From NCBI RefSeq assembly GCF_050436765.1, contig NZ_JBNQGD010000066.1, forward strand, positions 1,105 through 59,373: 58,269 nt of DNA. The letters run 5' to 3'. The translations under genes were made by a program, and so were the position numbers. Under the pieces are notes generated by a model. That model saw only the letters and a program-made list of their open reading frames with translations, was not told the origin of the DNA and searched no databases. This document shows positions 50,437 to 58,269 of this stretch, one piece after another. Position 1 is the stretch's first letter; every line of letters starts with the position of its first letter. This stretch comes from Arachidicoccus sp. Its GTDB lineage: Bacteria > Bacteroidota > Bacteroidia > Chitinophagales > Chitinophagaceae.

Positions 50437-50889
50437 CCTGAAACTCAATTACTTATAAACGAAAGTTGTCAATTATTTGTCGGGATTTTCAAATCATCCC
50501 TTTAATAAGTCGTTTTTATTTATTTCTCAACACTTATTACCGTTATCAACTCAAAGATAAATATTTTCTCCGAAATATTGCAATGGAAAAATAATTATTT
50601 GAACCTTTTTATCAACTAAAATCGGCTTCACTATTGGATCAATCACATGAAAATTCAGAAGACTCAAAAACCTTCTATACTATCATAAACGTCCTTTTGT
50701 TCCAGTTTCAACCATACTGATGCATTAGGAGCCATCACCTTTTTAGAAACTAATCAGCCCTTTGATGAGAGAGAGGCAATTATATAATCATAACTAATAT
50801 TTTTTATCTTAACAAGATAAAGGCGGCCGAAAATATGTCTTTGTATGATTTTGAGTTGATATCAAAACAAAGCACGCGATTATATAAAA

Positions 50890-51672
50890 TCAATAGTCCT
50901 CACAAACCCATAGAAGACTTATCAGACCATTTTGACTGGGTATCGGAAAGCACTCCTCATATAAGTAAATATCGCGTTGACTATCAAAAGTGTTAAACCA
51001 GTATGTTGCGAGAATTGGCTCTTTTTTAAAAGAAGTTGCCTTTCCCGCAATTATGTCGTGAGCCACCGTTTCGGCGGGAATTGGGGATCCCTTTTGTGTT
51101 TTGAATCTTTTAAAGACAAAGTCATTGCTAAACGCCTGCCATTTAACCTTTCCCGCCACCGAATAGACTGCTGCTATAGGATGCGTTCCATATGATATAA
51201 ATTTGATTAGTGTTGAGGTTATGCTCGTTTGAAAATATGCAGCAAGGTTCTTTATAAGTGAAAAATCAAAGCTCCTCGTTCTTCTTGCTTCCTGAATGAA
51301 CAGCGGCTGTGGCATTAATATTTCAGCAGCAAATTCATTGGCTTGTGTCTCAAAAGATGCGGATATATACCACTCCATAAATGCTGATTCATCACAGTTA
51401 AATACCGGTATGGTATTTTTATGTAGTAACAGATGCCCTAATTCGTGGGCGACCACAAACCGCTTCTTTGGGGGATATTTGATTTCAGAATTTATCGTGA
51501 TAATAACTTTATTATCCTTGAAAATTATTCGCCCGTCGGCTCCAGACATTGGCTTCTCCTGATAAAAACTATCATAGAGATTTATGATCCCTTCTAAATC
51601 TAAATCAGTGGGACTTTGGATATATAGATCGGATATTATTTGTTGTGCGGTGAGAACAGGACGTGATTGCAT
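50890..51672 (-). CDS. ImmA/IrrE-family zinc metallopeptidase (CapP-like)
   Basis: RFVVAHELGH (HExxH) and ETQANEFAAEILMP, HTH-like LAAYFQTSITST, and a C-terminal beta-rich (GAF-like) region. Confidence 0.92.
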   Translation of the reverse strand: MQSRPVLTAQQIISDLYIQSPTDLDLEGIINLYDSFYQEKPMSGADGRIIFKDNKVIITINSEIKYPPKKRFVVAHELGHLLLHKNTIPVFNCDESAFMEWYISASFETQANEFAAEILMPQPLFIQEARRTRSFDFSLIKNLAAYFQTSITSTLIKFISYGTHPIAAVYSVAGKVKWQAFSNDFVFKRFKTQKGSPIPAETVAHDIIAGKATSFKKEPILATYWFNTFDSQRDIYLYEECFPIPSQNGLISLLWVCEDY

Positions 51673-51683
51673 TAATTTAAATA

Positions 51684-52100
51684 CTATTTCTTTTTTTCTA
51701 GTTCATCGATTAGTGCTAATAATTCAATTTCCGACAGCATTTGTAACACATCGTCGTTTGAAAAGTCCTTCAAACTGTTAAATGTAAATGACGCACTGCT
51801 GCTATTTGTTTTGAGTAGACTGTACAATTTCTCCTGAGGATTCGGGAATTGAATTTTGTCTTTAAGCTGCTCCAGCAGTTCAGCAGCTCTCTGCAATAGC
51901 CCCGTTTTTGTTTCCTTGGCGACGTTCATACGCATCTGGGCTAACATCCGCCCAGCTATTGCTTTTGCCTTATTAGCAACAGCCTGCTCGTCCAAATTGC
52001 ATTCTTTAAGTGTTTCTGACACTATCTCCGGCGAACTATTTAAATCATCAATAAAAGATGAAAAAAATATCTCACTATGTTTGTTTGATTTTTTCATCAT
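51684..52100 (-). CDS. Hypothetical helical protein co-transcribed between the sigma-like gene and the peptidase
   Basis: 138-aa ORF with 3-nt and 11-nt gaps to its neighbours; no HTH recognisable; acidic C-terminal helix. Confidence 0.75.
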   Translation of the reverse strand: MMKKSNKHSEIFFSSFIDDLNSSPEIVSETLKECNLDEQAVANKAKAIAGRMLAQMRMNVAKETKTGLLQRAAELLEQLKDKIQFPNPQEKLYSLLKTNSSSASFTFNSLKDFSNDDVLQMLSEIELLALIDELEKKK

Positions 52101-52103
52101 ATT

Positions 52104-52706
52104 TTAATTTAAAGAAGAGAGTATTTTTTCTGCTGCACGCTTAATTCTTTTTTTTGCGTTGGAAACTTCTGACTCAGAAATACCGAGATCAGCTGCAATA
52201 TGCCTATTTGCATTACCATCAAGCACGGATAACAAGACAAGCTGACCTGTTTCGTCGTCTGCCAATGCCCGGTCTAACCTATCTATAAAAATCGCATTGT
52301 CGATCTCCTGTTCAAAGTGTAATCCGAAATTGATATGGGTGCCTGAATAATATTCAAATTTATCTTCGCCATCAGCGCTAAAATAATCCGCCTGATCTTG
52401 TTTCTCGGTTTTTACGGCATCGGCTTTCGAGTATAAATTTGAAATGATACTTCTACATACCGAGAACTGCATATATCTTAGAAAATCCGGATCTGTCTCA
52501 GGATTCCAGTTTCTTTTTCCTGTTAACACATCTGTTATTGCTTTATAGGCAATATCTTCTGCTTTATGCCCGCCCGGCAGGTTCCAGTCCTTAAATTTTC
52601 TACCTGTGCAATAATTCATATACTGTATTACGAACGCAGTCAGCTTTTTACCGACGTCGCCCCAGTCAAACATCGAAAACCGTTCCAATAATTCAGATCG
52701 TTCCAT
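52104..52706 (-). CDS. ECF sigma-70-like protein (regions 2 and 4)
   Basis: Region 2-like AEDIAYKAI...W...FLRYM...RSIISN; region 4 HTH NRHIAADLGISESEVSNAKKRIKR. Confidence 0.75.
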   Translation of the reverse strand: MERSELLERFSMFDWGDVGKKLTAFVIQYMNYCTGRKFKDWNLPGGHKAEDIAYKAITDVLTGKRNWNPETDPDFLRYMQFSVCRSIISNLYSKADAVKTEKQDQADYFSADGEDKFEYYSGTHINFGLHFEQEIDNAIFIDRLDRALADDETGQLVLLSVLDGNANRHIAADLGISESEVSNAKKRIKRAAEKILSSLN

Positions 52707-52737
52707 ATCCTTATTACATTATTCTGTTTAGAAATTT

Positions 52738-52760
52738 TTTTTTGCCGTTACGGCAAAAAA
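52738..52760. promoter_or_regulatory. 23-bp palindrome in the divergent promoter between the regulator module and CBASS
   Basis: TTTTTTGCCGT-T-ACGGCAAAAAA, 11-bp arms around a single base. Confidence 0.7.
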
Positions 52761-52838
52761 TAGCTGCACGCTAGAATAAATATACAAAAAATTAACATTT
52801 AGCAGCAATTAAATAAAAAACACCAAAACAGATAGAAT

Positions 52839-54389
52839 ATGTCAAATTCAGTTATAGCGAGACAACAGGGGGACGACTACCAGGCAAAGTATTTTTGGTA
52901 TAAGGCATGTAAATTATACCAGCAGAATAGTACCGCTGTTAAAATTGCATGGGAGAAAAATGACAGTCCGGGTTTTGATGACGTGTCTATCTTCTATCAA
53001 CCAGCGAAGTTGGATAGAACTACTGGGAAAGAGATACACAGCGAGTACTTTCAGGTGAAGTTTCATGTAGACCATGACCGCGGGTTTAGTTGTGCCGCTT
53101 TCATGGATCCGTCGTTCATAGGAAATACCACGGAATCATTACTTCAAAGATTACACAAAAACCTCAAATCTAACCCGGAAGAGTTTGACCGGTCCTTGTA
53201 TCACATAGTGAATACATGGGGGGTTGATCACAGCGATGAAATTAAGAACCTTATAGACAATAATGGCGCTATCCGTCCTGAAAAACTATTTGACGGTGGT
53301 GGCTACCGCTCAAAAATGGGCAAAATCAGGACGCAATGGAAACAACACCTGGGCATTTCCACAGATGATGAGCTACAGGTATTGCTATCACCCTTGCGGA
53401 TTAAACATAGTTCAAAAGGGATAGATGCTTTTACGGAAGATCTGAATTTTCGTCTTCAGGCCGTTGGCCTTCAGGCTATTAGTGAAACACAGCGCACTTC
53501 GGTTTATACCGACCTTATCCAGCAACTGCACGCAGAAAAGAGGGATATATTCACAAAAGAAGAACTGCTGGAGATACTGAAAAGGGAAAAGTTACTCTCA
53601 CAGGAGGAAAAGCAGCCGGAAGACATTTATAAAATAGGCGTCAGAAGCTTTAAGAGGGGCACAGATACCATCGCTTTTGAGACAGATGACTACTTATGCC
53701 TGTTACACCACTTTATGGGTCGGTTTCCAATAAATGAACAGCTATGGGAGACAGATATATTGCCTTCCCTGGTTACCTTTTCTGAAAAGGTTATAGCTTT
53801 CGGGAAGCCGCTACATATTCATTTAGATACCCACCACTCCATTGCGCTTGCGCTAGGATATTGTCTTGATAGTAAAAGCGGAGTATCAACTAAGGTGATA
53901 CAAAAAACAAGGGCTGGGCGGCTACTTTTTTATGCTGATCATACTAGTACGGAGTATCAGCAACGTCAAAGTGATAACAACTGGACGGTTAGTGAACAGA
54001 TAATAAATGAAACCGGAAGTGATCTTGCCGTAGCTGTAAGCGTTACTCATGACATAGCGAATGACGTGATGGACTTCGTACAGAATAATGTACCGCATAC
54101 TGGCAGGTTTATCAATGCTACTATAGCTGCCGGGCCATCGCCCATATCTATCAGAGATGGTAACCACATACTACTTGCAGTTTTAGAGTTAATGAAAACA
54201 ATAAAAGCAACGCGGAATGCAGGAGAAAAAAAAGGCACAGTACACTTGTTCGTTGCTGCACCTAATGCCTTTGTATTTACCTTGGGCCAGCACATAAAAT
54301 CGCTAGGTAAGATAATTCTTTACGAATACGATTTTGAGCAATACCGCACAGGTTCTTATAGCCAGGCAATTCAATTACCAATAAAATAA
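52839..54389 (+). CDS. cap4: CBASS effector: endonuclease-SAVED fusion (Cap4-like)
   Basis: N-terminal GDDYQ...FDDV...YFQVKFH nuclease signature; C-terminal SAVED motifs AVAVSVTHDI and VHLFVAAPNAFVFTLGQ..LYEYDF. Confidence 0.85.
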   Translation: MSNSVIARQQGDDYQAKYFWYKACKLYQQNSTAVKIAWEKNDSPGFDDVSIFYQPAKLDRTTGKEIHSEYFQVKFHVDHDRGFSCAAFMDPSFIGNTTESLLQRLHKNLKSNPEEFDRSLYHIVNTWGVDHSDEIKNLIDNNGAIRPEKLFDGGGYRSKMGKIRTQWKQHLGISTDDELQVLLSPLRIKHSSKGIDAFTEDLNFRLQAVGLQAISETQRTSVYTDLIQQLHAEKRDIFTKEELLEILKREKLLSQEEKQPEDIYKIGVRSFKRGTDTIAFETDDYLCLLHHFMGRFPINEQLWETDILPSLVTFSEKVIAFGKPLHIHLDTHHSIALALGYCLDSKSGVSTKVIQKTRAGRLLFYADHTSTEYQQRQSDNNWTVSEQIINETGSDLAVAVSVTHDIANDVMDFVQNNVPHTGRFINATIAAGPSPISIRDGNHILLAVLELMKTIKATRNAGEKKGTVHLFVAAPNAFVFTLGQHIKSLGKIILYEYDFEQYRTGSYSQAIQLPIK

Positions 54390-54400
54390 ACAAATATAAA

Positions 54401-55561
54401 ATGAAAGGAATAGACTCTTACTTCAGCGATTTCCTGTCGGAAATCAGATTAACATCTTCACAGAGAGAGGATTTGATTCGTGGCCATAAAACATTGAGAG
54501 AAAGGCTAAACGCAGACTATGATCTAAATGGTATCATTGTAACAACCTTCCTGCAAGGAAGCTACAGGCGTTCTACTGCAATCAGACCATTAGTAGGCAA
54601 ACGTGCGGACGTCGATATAATTGTTGTTACCAACCTGGACAGGAACAAGGTAACACCGCAGGAGGCTATAGATAAATTCATACCATTTGTGAAGAAGCAT
54701 TACGATGGTAAGTATCGAATACAAGGCAGGTCCATTGGCATCGAACTATCATACGTTGACCTTGATATCGTTGTCACTTCTGCACCATCTGAAATCGACG
54801 TCGAAGCACTTAAATCAAGAAGTGTTACCACTAATATGATGCTGGAGGATCTGACGTCAGGTTATAATGATTGGCGATTAATCAAGGGCTGGCACGAGCC
54901 GAACCTAAGTAAAGGTTTTGGAGCCCAAAATCTAAGTGAAGCACAACGTAAAGAAGCGGAATGGAAATTGGAGCCGCTCTATATACCGAATAGAGAAGCC
55001 GGGTTATGGGAACAAACACATCCATTAGAACAAATTAAATGGACACGCGATAAAAATAAAAACACCAATGGCCATTACGTTAATGTAGTCAAGGCGTTAA
55101 AATGGTGGCGAACACTAAGATTAACGGACATCAAACATCCTAAAGGATATCCGGTGGAGCATATGATCGGTGACTGCTGTCCTGATGGACTTAGCGGTAT
55201 GGCTGAAGGAATTTGCAATACTCTGGAAAATATTGTTAGCAACTATAAATACCAGCGGAACAATGGAATGGTCCCGAGTCTTTATGACCGAGGCGTGCCT
55301 ACCCATAATGTCTGGAAACGTATAAGCCAGGATGACTTCAACTCATTCTACGACAGCGTGTGTAAATATGCTAAAGTAGCACGGGAAGCCTTAGATGCTC
55401 CATCAATTAAAAAGCAGGTTGACAAATGGCGAGAGCTATTTGGCGATAAATTCCCAAACGCTCCAGACGAAGATGAAAGTGCCCGTACAGATAATAATAG
55501 CGGCGGCGGTTTTTCAAAGAGAACTGAAGTGACGACACCTTCCGGTGGCAGATTTGCATAA
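54401..55561 (+). CDS. cGAS/DncV-like nucleotidyltransferase (CD-NTase, SMODS)
   Basis: FLQGSYRRSTAI, DVDII, DLDIV, VVKALKWW and WRELFGDKFP; disordered tail ending GGRFA, typical of Cap2 substrates. Confidence 0.93.
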   Translation: MKGIDSYFSDFLSEIRLTSSQREDLIRGHKTLRERLNADYDLNGIIVTTFLQGSYRRSTAIRPLVGKRADVDIIVVTNLDRNKVTPQEAIDKFIPFVKKHYDGKYRIQGRSIGIELSYVDLDIVVTSAPSEIDVEALKSRSVTTNMMLEDLTSGYNDWRLIKGWHEPNLSKGFGAQNLSEAQRKEAEWKLEPLYIPNREAGLWEQTHPLEQIKWTRDKNKNTNGHYVNVVKALKWWRTLRLTDIKHPKGYPVEHMIGDCCPDGLSGMAEGICNTLENIVSNYKYQRNNGMVPSLYDRGVPTHNVWKRISQDDFNSFYDSVCKYAKVAREALDAPSIKKQVDKWRELFGDKFPNAPDEDESARTDNNSGGGFSKRTEVTTPSGGRFA

Positions 55562-55570
55562 TAAGATATT

Positions 55571-57358
55571 ATGGAACTAAGTGAAGATTTAAGGTTAGCG
55601 CGGAGAAAATTAGCTACCCTGGAAGGTTATGAATTATTGGAGGATTTTTCGTGGGATGCGGTGTCTGATAAGTGGGTACTAAAGTTTAGGATTATGTGCG
55701 GCACTACGACTGTTTTTGTTCCCGAAATCACTGATTGGTATCTTATCGCATCTCCCGCATACCCTTTGGGTAAAATTGATATTTATCCTGCCGCTGAAAA
55801 TGGGTTAGCTTATACTTTCCCCCATCAGAGTTATAATGATCTTCGCCCGAATGCAAAATGGCGGACAGGTAACATCTGTGTCAGTACCAGCGTTGGGTTG
55901 TGGGGCAAAAGGTACTTTAATAATGAGCCATATGATGCTGAAAGCCGGCTCTGCTGGCATATTTTAAGGTGCAAAGACTGGATAGCAGCGGCGGCCAACG
56001 GTTCTTTGGTGGTTAATGGTGATCCATTCGAGATGCCATCATTTAAAAAGGAGAGCGGTCAAATGTTCGTTTTTAACGAAGATGAGGATACTTTTACCCG
56101 CTGGAGTGAATATAAGGCCAGCTACGGAACGTTTACTGCCAAAGAGGTTTTCGCTAATTGGCCGGTATATCCTATTCTCAACTTTAAGTCCCACGCTAAG
56201 GAGGTTCAGTATAAATGGGGCAACCGGATAAACCAATCAAGGGCACCTGAAGTTACTAATCTTTGGGTGATGTTGGATAAGTTGCCGGTTTTGCCGCCAT
56301 GGCAGGTGCCGTCTACATGGGGACAGCTATTCAGCGTGGTAAAGGAACAAGGAATAGATTTGAAAGGTATCCTGAAAAAGGACCTGTTTAAAGCAGGTAA
56401 AAACTCTTACAAATTCTTACTAGTTGGATTCCCAATACCACGAAATGTTGGCGAAGACAATTGCCGGATTTTCTGGTTGTCGATTTCGTTACCGAGTGCA
56501 CCGTCGCTTTCAGGGTTCAGGCGCGGATCAGAGGCGTTGCAATCTGCCCAGTTCAAGATTATGTTTAAAGATGAAGCCGTTGTGAAATGGGCTAATACGG
56601 AGAACTGGAATAAAGCTGAAATTACATCAAGGGGGAAAATGAATACATCTATAAATAATCTAAGATTTGTAATCATTGGTGCAGGTGCAATAGGGTCAAA
56701 CCTTTCAGAATTGCTATTAAGATTGGGGTGTGATAATCTTACTATACTGGATAGAGACCTGCTCAATATTGGCAATCTTTCAAGACACACCTTAACTATG
56801 GATAAAGTTCATTCCTGTAAGGTTGTCAGTCTTGCTGAAAGACTGAATTCGATCTTCCCCAGCGCAAACGTAAAACCGATTAGTAAGGACCTAGACCATC
56901 ATTTTAACAGTAATGCGCTTATGACCCTCGTGCAGGATACCGATATATTCATAGACGCCACCGGTGACGATACATTAATCAATTTTATCGGCGGATTACT
57001 CTCGGGAACGAAGGCGAAATTCATTTCGGTTTCCACAGGATTCGCAGCGAAACGGCTTTTTTGCTTTATGGCAGATACGGAGCAATGTTCACTGGAAAAA
57101 GAATTTACACAGGCGCTTGCACCATGGCTTAAAAAGGACGAAATAGAAAACCCCGATCCTCAATTCCCACGAGAAGGCATTGGTTGCTGGCATCCTATAT
57201 TTCCAGCTAGAATTGATGATATTTGGTTGTTGCTGGCAACTGCCGTTAAAAGGATCGAAAAATTTCTGGAAGCAAGTACGGTCCGCGAATTTGTGGTTAT
57301 TGAGCAGGAGAAAGATGAAGAAGGATATATTATGAGCGTTAAAATAATTGAAGATTAA
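55571..57358 (+). CDS. cap2: CBASS Cap2 E2-E1 (ThiF) fusion
   Basis: N-terminal E2-like YP...FPHQ...GNIC; E1 motifs IIGAGAIGS, NLSRH, IDATG and EGIGCWHP. Confidence 0.9.
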   Translation: MELSEDLRLARRKLATLEGYELLEDFSWDAVSDKWVLKFRIMCGTTTVFVPEITDWYLIASPAYPLGKIDIYPAAENGLAYTFPHQSYNDLRPNAKWRTGNICVSTSVGLWGKRYFNNEPYDAESRLCWHILRCKDWIAAAANGSLVVNGDPFEMPSFKKESGQMFVFNEDEDTFTRWSEYKASYGTFTAKEVFANWPVYPILNFKSHAKEVQYKWGNRINQSRAPEVTNLWVMLDKLPVLPPWQVPSTWGQLFSVVKEQGIDLKGILKKDLFKAGKNSYKFLLVGFPIPRNVGEDNCRIFWLSISLPSAPSLSGFRRGSEALQSAQFKIMFKDEAVVKWANTENWNKAEITSRGKMNTSINNLRFVIIGAGAIGSNLSELLLRLGCDNLTILDRDLLNIGNLSRHTLTMDKVHSCKVVSLAERLNSIFPSANVKPISKDLDHHFNSNALMTLVQDTDIFIDATGDDTLINFIGGLLSGTKAKFISVSTGFAAKRLFCFMADTEQCSLEKEFTQALAPWLKKDEIENPDPQFPREGIGCWHPIFPARIDDIWLLLATAVKRIEKFLEASTVREFVVIEQEKDEEGYIMSVKIIED

Positions 57359-57367
57359 GAACGGCGT

Positions 57368-57859
57368 ATGAATTTCATTTCACAGGACAAACAATTTGTC
57401 GTCACCATCTCACAGGAGTGCATTGACAGTATTGTCGAGCACATAAAAAAGGCAGCTGTTTATGAAACGGGAGGAATACTGATTGGGGCCTATTCCGATG
57501 ATTTGGGCACCGCTGCCATATCTCAAATAACGGGGCCTACTATTGATTCCAAAGGCGGTTTTACCTGGTTTAATCGCGGGATAAAGGGTTTAAAGGAATT
57601 ATTAAAGCGTTACTGGGATGTCAAACTGTATTACTTGGGTGAATGGCACTTTCATCCGAACGCTAAACCAATACCGAGTAATCAGGATAAGAAGCAAATG
57701 CGTGAAATTGCCCGTTCTAACCAATACAGGTGTCCTGAGCCCATAATGATTATTGTGGGTGGCAACTGGCAGTGTTACGAAATTTCTGTCTTTATACAGA
57801 CCCTTACCGGGGAATCTTACGAGTTAAAGGCAGTTGATTTGAACATAGGTGAAATGTAA
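57368..57859 (+). CDS. cap3: CBASS Cap3 JAB/MPN isopeptidase
   Basis: ETGGILIG...YLGEWHFHP...PSNQD (JAMM motif). Confidence 0.92.
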   Translation: MNFISQDKQFVVTISQECIDSIVEHIKKAAVYETGGILIGAYSDDLGTAAISQITGPTIDSKGGFTWFNRGIKGLKELLKRYWDVKLYYLGEWHFHPNAKPIPSNQDKKQMREIARSNQYRCPEPIMIIVGGNWQCYEISVFIQTLTGESYELKAVDLNIGEM

Positions 57860-58102
57860 AAGTATTTTAATCATTGACGAGTAATCAACAAATAAGTTAT
57901 GGTGAGCAAAGCGGTAAAATATGGATTGAATGGCGTTCTGATTACCGGAATCGGTAACTTCATCATAAATGTCATCAGATAATATCAATGATTTCCTAAA
58001 ATGTATATATATTTGGTTAAGACTGATTTGTATTACACCAATCAATAAACTACAAATTCAAAAGTGAATCAGGAACCAAGCTTAAGGCTTAACCAAAAAC
58101 GA

Positions 58103-58269
58103 ATGGATAAAACTTTAGATGATATTCTAAATTATCTAAAGTCAACAATTTTTATCGAAGATCAAAATTACATTCAATACATAAATGCTGTTGATATATT
58201 CTGTGAATGCTATGGCGAGGATGGGGCAACACTCCACAATGATACTGAACCAACGCTTTGTTTGGACCA
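58103..58269 (+). CDS. Hypothetical protein (5' part, runs off the window)
   Basis: Open frame from ATG 58103, MDKTLDDILNYLKSTIFIEDQNYIQYINAVDIFCECYGEDG..., with no stop before the window end. Confidence 0.45.
   Translation, partial: MDKTLDDILNYLKSTIFIEDQNYIQYINAVDIFCECYGEDGATLHNDTEPTLCLD

Noticed and set aside
50400-50520. Intact tRNA gene
   Set aside because: Only the T-arm and acceptor 3' strand are present; reported as an att-like fragment instead.
51684-52100. Calling the 138-aa protein CapH
   Set aside because: No N-terminal XRE helix-turn-helix is visible, so the canonical CapH label is not supported.
569-58045. Remaining short ORFs nested in or antisense to long genes, including 57824-58045
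   Set aside because: Shadow frames with no motifs and no independent expression signals.

Overview
Low-GC bacterial DNA that reads as Bacteroidota, probably Chitinophagaceae. This is inferred from the TAnnTTTG promoters, general lack of Shine-Dalgarno sites, ribosomal protein sequences and signal peptides followed by Gln. The core part holds lptB (partial), pepP, a cyclic beta-1,2-glucan synthase split by a frameshift in an A8 run, tRNA-Gln(CTG), the S10-spc ribosomal cluster to secY-map, an HI0933 flavoprotein, a TPR/outer-membrane/HU-like trio, a DUF58-transglutaminase-MoxR operon, a methyltransferase, rplU-rpmA and an Hsp20. Three accessory regions stand out. (1) 25.4-32.3 kb: a double-glycine peptide cluster. 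Its 58-aa precursor (31593-31769, missing from the ORF track) has an anionic two-Cys core and is followed by an ABC pair, a membrane protein, a CxxC thiol oxidoreductase and a C39 transporter, with a divergent XRE regulator. (2) A Fic gene with Gln in place of the catalytic His, preceded by a perfectly symmetric array of eight hexamer sites. (3) Beyond a tRNA 3'-end duplication at 50412-50436 (candidate att site), a type II CBASS operon (Cap4-SAVED, CD-NTase, Cap2, Cap3). It is transcribed divergently, across a 23-bp palindrome, from a three-gene module: ECF-sigma-like protein, 138-aa unknown protein, and IrrE/CapP-like metallopeptidase. That module is the best candidate for an undescribed system, a sigma-like variant of protease-controlled CBASS regulation.
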